DNA from: Phycisphaerae bacterium
GTDB lineage: Bacteria; Planctomycetota; Phycisphaerae; UBA1845; Fen-1342
Direction: 5' to 3'
Assembly (NCBI GenBank): GCA_963666925.2
Contig: CAXXTC010000006.1
Coordinates: 69,197 to 133,196 of the forward strand
Length of the DNA stretch: 64,000 nt
Made by a program: the position numbers and the translations under genes. Position 1 is the stretch's first letter. Each line of letters starts with the position of its first letter. This document shows, piece by piece, positions 9,861-18,009 of this stretch. The notes beneath the pieces were generated by a model that made no database searches, had not been told where the DNA came from, and saw only the letters and a list, made by a program, of their open reading frames with translations.

Positions 9861-9867
9861 CCCCGGT

Positions 9868-10336
9868 TCAACTCACCCCGGCCTCAACCAGCGCCGCCTG
9901 CTCCAACTGCTTCTCACGCATCAACTCACCCGCGGCCACCAACAGCTCTCCGTAGGTTTCAACGACCGGCAGCTTGGCAATATCGATCCCGTGGTCCTCG
10001 CACCAGAGTTCTACGGCGATTTCCATGCTCTCGATATCCTCGCCGTGCATCATGCACTTCGGCAAGCCGAAACCCGTTCGGAACGTATCTTCAGGTCGCA
10101 GCCGGGTCCAGTCGCTACCAACGCACTCACCTATCTGCACGTTGAGCGCCTCCAGCGCCGGCCGGGCCGATCCCCGCATCCGCACAAAAGGTCGCAAACC
10201 ACTCGTCCGGCGACATCGCAAGCCGGCCTTCCAGTAACTTCTTACGCTGGTGTGCGCACTTATCGTACTGCCGGCAAGCGATCGCCAGCAGCACGCCGCC
10301 CACGACAAGGATTACGATCAGCACGTGCACAGGCAT
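9868..10336 (-). CDS. Hypothetical TM-anchored protein with acyl-carrier-like C-terminus; apparent frameshift near 10162
   Basis: MPVHVLIVILVVGG...FCADAGIGP continues in another frame as ALEALNVQIG...LRPEDTF...DIESMEIAVEL...GIDI...ETYGELL. Removing one C restores a single ORF. Confidence 0.6.
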
Positions 10337-10381
10337 CCTCAACACCCTCGCGTGCCCATCTCAACACCACAGATCCCAATC

Positions 10382-10693
10382 CTACCAAACGTCCCGGCCC
10401 GCCGTGGAGCGCAATCGTCGCAACAACCAGCGTACGCCTACAACAACCACCGCGAGCATCAGATATCCAGCGCCGATGTCGATGATCAGCGGCACCCACC
10501 ACCAGGCGTGCAACGCTTCCAGCGGCAGGATCAACAGCCCCAAACAGCCGGCCAGACCGCCGACAAACGGCACCAACGAATGGTGCTCTCCATGAAGACG
10601 AGCGCGAATCGCCAGGATGATGTTGGTTGTTGCCGCCCCGGCAAAAAACACCAGCAACAACCCACCGATTAACCAACGCAGTACGTCTGACAT
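10382..10693 (-). CDS. Hypothetical small membrane protein (3 TM)
   Basis: 103 aa, three hydrophobic helices, SLVPFVGG...WWWVPLIIDIG. Confidence 0.7.
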   Translation of the reverse strand: MSDVLRWLIGGLLLVFFAGAATTNIILAIRARLHGEHHSLVPFVGGLAGCLGLLILPLEALHAWWWVPLIIDIGAGYLMLAVVVVGVRWLLRRLRSTAGRDVW

Positions 10694-10804
10694 GCCGCCT
10701 ACTCTAACCTGCCCGCGGGCGCTGCCGCCGTGCCACTGCTCTGTGAGCAGTGCATTCGCAGTAACGTCGGCTCACCAAGGCAACCGACCGTAATCGAAAA
10801 CGCC

Positions 10805-11209
10805 CTAACCTGCCCGCGGGCGATGGTGGTCTCGCTCCCGGATCTGCCGCAATCCGCCCAGACTGGCGAAGATAATGCTCCCGAAGCCCCACAGTCCCAC
10901 GCCGCAGGCAGCCGCGGTCACCAACGTCCTCAAGCCAACTTCCCCTGCCAAAACCTCCCGTCCCGCCGGCACCAATCCCCAGACCACAACGCCCGCCAGC
11001 GCCGCAATGCCCAGCACCAATCCGACCAGCACCGCCGGCAAGGGCGGCGGCGGCAGGATCAACGCAGCACACTGGTCACATTGAAAGGGCCGAGTAAGCC
11101 AAAAGAACTGGTCGCGGTACGCTTTTCGCGGAGCCGGCCGCAGCGTCCCCACATTACAAATCGGACACCGCAGCGACTCATCGCGTGGATTGTGCCGGTC
11201 CTTCGACAT
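10805..11209 (-). CDS. Hypothetical zinc-ribbon + 2 TM protein
   Basis: CPIC...CDQC followed by two hydrophobic helices; ATG 11209 likely. Confidence 0.65.
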   Translation of the reverse strand: MSKDRHNPRDESLRCPICNVGTLRPAPRKAYRDQFFWLTRPFQCDQCAALILPPPPLPAVLVGLVLGIAALAGVVVWGLVPAGREVLAGEVGLRTLVTAAACGVGLWGFGSIIFASLGGLRQIRERDHHRPRAG

Positions 11210-11241
11210 CCCCAACTCCAATTCACTCTCGCGTGTTTCAA

Positions 11242-11607
11242 CTAACCCGTGTGCAAGCGCCGCTCATACTCATCCAGACGTGCCAGAAGCTGCGCCGGCA
11301 TTCCGCCAAAGTTGGCCGCGATCTCCGGTGCCGAATGTACATCGTGCAGAAAATGCCCCATCAGGCTAACAATATCGTACAACTCCGGCGGAAGCTGCTC
11401 AATCTGTTTCTCAACACGCCCACCATCGAGCACGTTCAGAATGATGTAAAACGAGACCTTCTGACAGGCCACGTCGCTCGCCCGGTCGTCCAGTTCCACC
11501 GCCAGTTCGAGCATTTCGCGTACCATCTTCGCCACAGCCGGCGCATCCGGCGGATCCGACTCGATCGCGGCCATCAGCCGCGAGAGAAGTTGGTCAACAT
11601 CGTTCAC
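11242..11607 (-). CDS. Hypothetical acidic all-helical protein
   Basis: 121-aa ORF; its start overlaps the upstream stop (GTGA-type coupling); protein-like composition. Confidence 0.7.
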   Translation of the reverse strand: MNDVDQLLSRLMAAIESDPPDAPAVAKMVREMLELAVELDDRASDVACQKVSFYIILNVLDGGRVEKQIEQLPPELYDIVSLMGHFLHDVHSAPEIAANFGGMPAQLLARLDEYERRLHTG

Positions 11608-12597
11608 TGCTGGTGGGCTCCGCTTCTGAACTCATCCGGCAGAACGCCGGTCAGCCAGAAGGTCCGGTAGACATCTTCAAGGCACTGCAGACTAACGCCC
11701 AGCTTCGCCGGCAACCACTCGACCCAATCCTCCGGCTGAATCCACTCTCGGCACGCGGTCAACAGCAGCCCTCTCAGGTAACCGGTGTGATTATTCATCA
11801 ATGCCAGGCAGCATAGCAAAGAGTATGCGCCGTGACAGAAGGAGCGGCGCAACGGCTCGTCCTCACGCGTGCGTGTAAGCAACTCATGAACTGACCAGTA
11901 CTCATCCTTCACCGCATGTCGTCGCCCGGGCGGCACCTGATCCACCGCAAGACACTCTGGCAGGTCGATTGCCCGATCGTGAAAGAAACGCACCTCCATC
12001 GCGATCGCCAGCGCCTCCTCGATGGCCGCTGGAAACCACCAATACCCTTCCGTCGCCAGCCCCTTAAACGCGTGCGTCAGTTCGTGCAGCCACACGCGCT
12101 CCACGTCCCGCAACGTCTGGTAGGGCTTCATGCTCATCACTACCGCGTTGTGCTCCTGGTTCCAGTACGCACGGTGCCGCTCGTCGTCGAGAAACCCGGC
12201 CAGCCCCGCGGGCACCGTGGCGAAATCCACTTCGCGGCCGAAGAAGTAGACCGCGATGCGCGGCAGCCGGCGGCCGCAGCGGCAGGTATTCGAGCCAGGC
12301 AGCGCGTAGCGCCGTCATCATACGCACGTCGAGGCCGCGCACGTGGTCAAGTTCACTGTCAACACAGCCGACACACACGAAGCTCGCTTCGCGGTGCCGG
12401 ATAATGCTGACGAGCAAACGCGAACGCAGCGTCCGGCCGGCGCGCCAGCCCCGCAGCCGCCTCTTCAAGCAACGGCGCTGTCGCTCAATGCGGTGAGCCA
12501 GGCGCAACGGGTAAACGAAATCGCGGCCCTCCGGCGACTGCGGATTGCCACCGGTGGGATGAAGCAGCCGGTGAATGAGGATCGTATCCAGCGACAT
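11604..12597 (-). CDS. Putative HExxH (gluzincin-like) metallopeptidase; apparent frameshift near 12270
   Basis: VWLHELTHAF...IEEALA motif. The upstream frame ...AWLEYLPLRP joins RLPRIAVYFFGREVDF after removing one C. Confidence 0.6.
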
Positions 12598-12695
12598 TGC
12601 CCGGCCTGGCCGCTCCGGCTCATCAGGAGTACCCGAGTGGTTTCCAGTCGCCTGTTCGTACATCTAACGGGCTCCCCGCTGCGGCCGCGACCAAT

Positions 12696-12722
12696 CCGCT
12701 CATGATGCTCGATTCGCAACGA
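12696..12722 (+). repeat. Direct repeat copy 2 (partner at 9256-9282)
   Basis: CCGCTCATGATGCTCGATTCGCAACGA, about 100 bp from the tRNA-Met 3' end. Confidence 0.8.
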
Positions 12723-12820
12723 AACCGGAAACTCACCCCCGCATGGTCGCCTTGCCATTACAAACGCCCGGCTCGACGTTGATACGCGTGAACATGGTCG
12801 GCCTCCGACCCCCGGCGGAA

Positions 12821-12895
12821 TGGTGGCGGACGGACTTGAACCGTCGACCTTGGGGTTATGAATCCCACGCTCTAAACCAGCTGAGCTACGCCACC
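12821..12895 (-). tRNA. tRNA-Met(CAT), probably elongator; CCA not encoded
   Basis: GGTGGCGTAGCTCAGCTGGTTTAGAGCGTGGGATTCATAACCCCAAGGTCGACGGTTCAAGTCCGTCCGCCACCA cloverleaf, anticodon CAT. The paired G1-C72 argues against initiator; Ile2 is not fully excluded. Confidence 0.92.
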
Positions 12896-13092
12896 AACAT
12901 TGTCCCACAAACCCGGCCCAGGACCCTGACGGCCCGCAAAACCAAGCTCGCGGTCGGAATCTCGTAGTATATCCACCGATCAGCAGATAACCAGCCCTCC
13001 TCCCACGCAAGCGCCCGCCCCAAACCACGCACACCACCGCGATCCCCCCGCACAACTCCACCCGCCCACTCTCAATCCTCACCCCATCCCAC

Positions 13093-13139
13093 TTGACCAC
13101 GACTCTATTCAGTATTACATTTTCACCATTCGTAATACT
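13093..13139 (+). promoter_or_regulatory. Sigma70-like promoter overlapped by a palindromic operator AGTATTAC-N13-GTAATACT (NikR-type)
   Basis: TTGACC(13093)-17 nt-TACATT. Perfect 8-bp inverted arms at 13111-13118 and 13132-13139, in an AT-rich patch 50 bp before the ATG. Confidence 0.6.
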
Positions 13140-13189
13140 ACTGCAACCCTGGCAATGCAACCACAACCCGCTCTCTGGAGGATTCGAAG

Positions 13190-14329
13190 ATGCACGCCCG
13201 TTCGCTGACCGCCGTCCTCGTCGTCGCCCTGGTGGCCATGCTTGCAACCCCCACCCTGACTCGGGCCGACGACCCCGATTGGTCCACCATGCCCTACACC
13301 TTGCACAGCGACTATCAGGCCGTCGACATCGACGGCTTCGGCACATTCCCCCTGACCGAACCGATCAAGATCCAGGGGATCTGGCTCAACGATCCCGATC
13401 TGATGCTCGATACCTCCGCCGCCGCCCCGGCCTACATGGGCGGACAGTGGCAGGTCTACCTCCAGGCCGCTACCGAAGACGATTTCGGCGGAACCGCCCT
13501 CTGGATGGGCCAGTACGTCGGCAAGATGAGCGGAAACCACCCCGAAGGCAGCTACACTGACGAGGAATGGCTGGCCGAGGTCGATCGCGTCAGCCACGAC
13601 CCCGACACCGGCTACCCCTTCGCCCCGGGCGACCTGGTCGAGATCCACGCCCGCGCACCAGGCCTCTCCTACCGCGGCAAAACCAACGTCAACGAGCAGC
13701 ACAGCATCAACCCCGCCCTTGATTTTGATATCGTGCTGATCACCGAGGCCGCCGGCCTGCCCCGACCCGCCGTGCTCACCCTCGCCGACCTCAAGGACAT
13801 CAATGACGACTTCATCTTCGACTCCACCCGAATGACCGGCGCCGAGCACTACCAGGGTTCACTCATTCGCATCAACGACGTGCTCTTCGACGACGTCACC
13901 AACTGGGCCCCCGAAGCGGAGCTGACAATCGTCGACGGTACCGGCCGATCGCTACCCGTGCAGTTCGGTCGCGGCGCCGGCTTCACCGATTACACCGCCC
14001 CCACCGGGGCGATCGACATCATCGGCATCTTCGATCAGGAAGACACCGACGACACCGATGGCTACATGGACGGATATCGCCTCTGGGTCCTCGACTATGA
14101 TGGCTGCGGCTGCATTCTGCCGGCTCCGTTCGCCCTCGCCGGCGACACAAACTGCGACGGGCTCATTAACTTCGACGACATCAACCCATTCGTGACGGCT
14201 ATCGTATCGCAGAGCAGTTACGAAGCCGACTGGCCCTGCTGCATCTTCCTCAACGCCGACTGCAACTCCGATACCGCAGTCAACTTCGACGACATCGACC
14301 CGTTCGTGGAGCTGCTGATTGCCGGATAA
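13190..14329 (+). CDS. Secreted acidic protein with C-terminal dockerin-like (EF-hand-type) duplicated motif
   Basis: Signal peptide ending TRA-D, GGAGG SD, C-terminal GDTNCDGLINFDDINPFV...ADCNSDTAVNFDDIDPFV. Confidence 0.85.
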   Translation: MHARSLTAVLVVALVAMLATPTLTRADDPDWSTMPYTLHSDYQAVDIDGFGTFPLTEPIKIQGIWLNDPDLMLDTSAAAPAYMGGQWQVYLQAATEDDFGGTALWMGQYVGKMSGNHPEGSYTDEEWLAEVDRVSHDPDTGYPFAPGDLVEIHARAPGLSYRGKTNVNEQHSINPALDFDIVLITEAAGLPRPAVLTLADLKDINDDFIFDSTRMTGAEHYQGSLIRINDVLFDDVTNWAPEAELTIVDGTGRSLPVQFGRGAGFTDYTAPTGAIDIIGIFDQEDTDDTDGYMDGYRLWVLDYDGCGCILPAPFALAGDTNCDGLINFDDINPFVTAIVSQSSYEADWPCCIFLNADCNSDTAVNFDDIDPFVELLIAG

Positions 14330-14333
14330 GAGT

Positions 14334-15053
14334 ATGCCACTTGATGGATACACCAGGGATGATCGCCACGCCGGCTTCACGCTGATCGAGCTGCTCGTCT
14401 GCGTGGCGATCATCGCCATACTCGTCTCGCTGCTACTGCCGGCCCTCGGACACGCCCGGCTACACGCCAAGGTAGTGCGCGTGCACGCAGACCTGCGCCA
14501 GATCGGCACCGTCCTCGAAGCCTACGCGATGGACAATCGCGAGGACTTCCCACCCACACGCATGGGCTGCTCACAGACCGTCGAGTGCCAGTTGCCGGAG
14601 GAGCTCGCCACCGGCGGATACCTACCCCCGCCACCCGTAGATGACCGGCGCCACCAGGCCCAGTTCGAAGATCTCTTTGCCCCGGGGCAAACCTACCGCT
14701 ACCGTGCCCCGGGGCCCGTCTGGTACAACGGCACCTACTACGATCTCCCAAATCAGCCCTGGCGACCGCGATCGTGGATCTGGGTGCCGGAAGATTTCCC
14801 CCACTGCACCAGCGAAGAGATGACCCGCTACCGCGACCTGCCAGACGAGGATCCCCCCTGCCCGGTCAGCTACGCCATCTGGAGCGTCGGACCTGAGCCC
14901 GAAGCCGAACGCTTCCCCCGCGTCGAAGGCAGCACCGACGTGGACGACACCCGGTTCCCACTGCCCCAGAAATTCTGGCTCACCCCGGGCGATCGCGAGG
15001 GTCTGATAACCCATTTCCGCGACACCGCCGGCTTCTTCCACACCAGTCCATGA
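14334..15053 (+). CDS. Prepilin-type N-terminal cleavage/methylation domain protein (pseudopilin-like)
   Basis: GFTLIELLVCVAIIAILVSLLLPAL..AR, LRQIG, and a late YAIWSVGP motif; starts 4 nt after the upstream stop. Confidence 0.9.
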   Translation: MPLDGYTRDDRHAGFTLIELLVCVAIIAILVSLLLPALGHARLHAKVVRVHADLRQIGTVLEAYAMDNREDFPPTRMGCSQTVECQLPEELATGGYLPPPPVDDRRHQAQFEDLFAPGQTYRYRAPGPVWYNGTYYDLPNQPWRPRSWIWVPEDFPHCTSEEMTRYRDLPDEDPPCPVSYAIWSVGPEPEAERFPRVEGSTDVDDTRFPLPQKFWLTPGDREGLITHFRDTAGFFHTSP

Positions 15054-15370
15054 CAGGCCGGCCGCGGCCGAACTCATCCATCGGCCCGCCGGCCCCGGGG
15101 GTCCGCGCAAAAACCTGCCACCAACAGCAGCATTTGCGCCGCCGCTAACACCGACCGGTCAAGGCTGCGCACCGCTCGCACCGATAAACACTCTTGTGCT
15201 TGAACGCCGACGGGTGGCAAGTCGCCCGGGCGCGAGCACGCCGCGGCGGGAGCTCCCGCCAGCCGCTCCTGACGCGCAAATACCGCACGGAACAACAACA
15301 CATGAAGAAGCCGCAGGACCGAGTCCCAGCAAGAAGCGTGAGAAAGTCGGAAAACCCGGAGGCCTCCTCG

Positions 15371-16471
15371 ATGAGCAGTGATGCGAAGCCCAGCAATACC
15401 AAGTCGGACAACCAGATCCAGCGCGAACAGACGCACGGCGGTGATGGAGACTCCGGCGGGACAACGACTGCAACGGTGTACCCGAAGGCACCGCAGCGCT
15501 TGCAGGATACATTCACGGACGAGCGCAACGACGTACTGACCGTGATCAACGAGCTGGAGGATCAGCTCGATCGCCAGCAGGAAATCCGCGAGGCACTCGA
15601 ACGCGAACTGACCAGCACCAACGAAAACCTTCAGGACGCCAACCAGCGGAACCAGGAGCTGGAGTGGCAGACGGTGACGTTGCAGACGCGGGTCGACGCG
15701 CTCGAGCAGCTCAAGCAGGAGGTCAGCGCCCTCGAAGAGGAGCTGACCGACGCGAACACGCGCGCTCAGCGGATCAACGACCAGTTCATCGAGGCCGACA
15801 AGGACCGCGCCCGCTTCAAGAACGAGCTCAAGGCCGCCAACAAACAGCTCGACGAACTGTGGACGGTGCGTAAGGAGCGCGACGGGTTGCGCACCGAGTG
15901 CCGCAATCTTTCGATGAAGGTCGAAGAGCTCGAACGCGTCCAGCGCGACCTGGTCGAGCAGCGCAGCCAGTTGCAGCTCCAGACCCAGGACCTCCAGGCC
16001 GACCTGGAGGGAATCCAGACCGACCGCAGCAAGCTCGAGGAGCTCACCCGCCAGCAGACCGACCGCGTCCGCGAGCTGGGCCAGATCCAGGAATCCCTCG
16101 CCGAGAAGGTCGAGGCCCTTCGCACCGAAAAGAAGAACATCCAGGTGCAGATCGCCCACCTCGAACGCGAAAACTCCCGGCTGGCCGAGCAGCGCCAGTT
16201 CTACGAGGGCGAGGTCACCACGCTGCGCAGCCAGAACCGCACCGCCGAGGCGGCCCTGACGAGCGTGAAGAAGGCCTTCAGCGAGGTACGCGTGGCCCTG
16301 ACCGAGACGCGTGCCCGGGCCCGCCGCCGGGTCGTCGACACCTGGCCGCGAGTCGGCTCACCGCTGGAAGGCGTAATTCCCCCGACCCACGGAAAGCTGG
16401 ACCAGGAGCCCGCCGCCGCCACCGCAGGCTCCAGCAGCAAGGCTGATAACACCACGAAATCGGAGAGCTGA
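15371..16471 (+). CDS. Long cytoplasmic coiled-coil protein
   Basis: About 280 aa of E/Q/L/R heptads between low-complexity head and tail; GGAGG 8 nt before ATG 15371. Confidence 0.8.
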   Translation: MSSDAKPSNTKSDNQIQREQTHGGDGDSGGTTTATVYPKAPQRLQDTFTDERNDVLTVINELEDQLDRQQEIREALERELTSTNENLQDANQRNQELEWQTVTLQTRVDALEQLKQEVSALEEELTDANTRAQRINDQFIEADKDRARFKNELKAANKQLDELWTVRKERDGLRTECRNLSMKVEELERVQRDLVEQRSQLQLQTQDLQADLEGIQTDRSKLEELTRQQTDRVRELGQIQESLAEKVEALRTEKKNIQVQIAHLERENSRLAEQRQFYEGEVTTLRSQNRTAEAALTSVKKAFSEVRVALTETRARARRRVVDTWPRVGSPLEGVIPPTHGKLDQEPAAATAGSSSKADNTTKSES

Positions 16472-16710
16472 AACACCCGCCGGCCGAACCCGCCGGCTCA
16501 AAAACGTGAAACTGCGGCGAATCAATCGGCTGGCCCGTGGCTTCGGCCCCGGGCCCAGCCGCTGCGCCGCTTTCAGGCGGTGCCGAACAAGGACGGTCGG
16601 CACCGCCTTGTTATTATGAGCAACCCACCCACGCTTGCCCGGACACCATCTCTCGCCCCTATAATGCCACCACGTAGCCTGAAAACTCACCCGGCCAGGA
16701 GAATGCTGAC

Positions 16711-17928
16711 ATGAGAATCGGCCTGTTGCTATGCGTCGTGGCGTTGATGGTCATGGGCGGTTGCCCGGAGAGTAGTAGCAGCCCCGTGACGGCGGTCATC
16801 GGCGTCACCGCAACGACGGGCACCGCTCCATTCACAGTCACCTTCACCGCGTCCGCCTCGATCAGCACCAACGACGGAACGCTCACCTACGCCTGGGACT
16901 TCGACGACGGCAGCTCCTCAACTGCCGAAATCGTTACGCACACCTTCGCAAACCCCGGACGCTACGTCGTTAGTCTCACCGCCACCGACGCAACCGGAGC
17001 CGAAGACGTCGCCGCCCAGATCATCCGCGCCGCCGGCACTTCCGCGACTGCCGTCATCACAACCGACGTCACCAGCGGCACAGTACCCCTCCTCGTCCAG
17101 TTCGACGCCACCTCCAGCGTCGTCCCCGACGACACCATCTACGATTACTTCTGGGACTTCGGCGACGGCGGCGAATCACGCGAAGCCAGCCCCTCCTACC
17201 TCTTCGAATACGACGGCACCTACACCGTCACCCTGCGAATCGTCACCGCCGGCGGACTCGAAGACACCACCACCACCACCATAACCGTCGGTGAGCGCGA
17301 AGGCTCCCTCCAGTTCGCCGGCAGCGACTTCGCCACCCTCCCGCTCGACACCGCCCGCACCCTCGCCACCTGCACCTTCGAAGCCTGGGTCAGTGCCGAA
17401 TCCTCCGGCGGAACCGTCGCAACGCTCGGCTCCGGCGCCCTCACCATCGAAATGGCCCCCAGCACCAACACCATTCGCCTCCAGGTCAACGGCGACCCAA
17501 CCGACGGCACCGCAACCAGCCTCGCCGCCGGCTGGCGACACGTAGCCGTCGTCTATGACGGCACCGACGACGGCACCGGCAACGGATCAGCCACGCTATA
17601 CCTCGACGGCGTCGCCCTGGTCTCATCAACTCCGACCGCCGGCGACCTCACCATCGACGAAATCACGCTCGGCGTCGGTTTCACCGGCAGCATCGCCGAG
17701 GTCCGTTTCTGGACCGACGTCCGCACCGCCGCCGAAATCACCGCACTCATCAACCAACGAGCGACCGGCTCTGAAACCGACCTGCTGTGCTACTACGAAC
17801 TCTCGGCCGGCAGCGGCCAAACGCTGACAAATCGCGGCAGCGACGGAACCGCCGGCGTGCTCGGCGCAACGGACGAGGTCGAAGACACCGACCCCGCCTG
17901 GGGCACCGATAGCCCACCACTGGAATAA
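16711..17928 (+). CDS. Lipoprotein with two PKD domains and a LamG-like jellyroll domain
   Basis: Lipobox MGGC; two YxWDFxDG PKD motifs; TFEAWV, WRHVAVVYDG, LYLDG, FTGSIAEVRFW. Confidence 0.88.
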   Translation: MRIGLLLCVVALMVMGGCPESSSSPVTAVIGVTATTGTAPFTVTFTASASISTNDGTLTYAWDFDDGSSSTAEIVTHTFANPGRYVVSLTATDATGAEDVAAQIIRAAGTSATAVITTDVTSGTVPLLVQFDATSSVVPDDTIYDYFWDFGDGGESREASPSYLFEYDGTYTVTLRIVTAGGLEDTTTTTITVGEREGSLQFAGSDFATLPLDTARTLATCTFEAWVSAESSGGTVATLGSGALTIEMAPSTNTIRLQVNGDPTDGTATSLAAGWRHVAVVYDGTDDGTGNGSATLYLDGVALVSSTPTAGDLTIDEITLGVGFTGSIAEVRFWTDVRTAAEITALINQRATGSETDLLCYYELSAGSGQTLTNRGSDGTAGVLGATDEVEDTDPAWGTDSPPLE

Positions 17929-18009
17929 TCCGCCAGCGCGGGGCCATCTCGTTGGGTGCCATGTTTGCCCGTATGAAGTGCCCCATTCCCCAAAAACGTT
18001 GTTACGCTG

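Noticed and set aside
9309..12790. Integron cassette array (short co-oriented genes, several YYTAAC motifs)
   Set aside because: No matching GTTRRRY partners or attC-like palindromes between the genes, and no integron integrase.
8590..12895. tRNA-targeted integrative element with attL/attR
   Set aside because: No convincing duplication of the tRNA-Met 3' end (only a weak match near 8601), and no integrase in the window.
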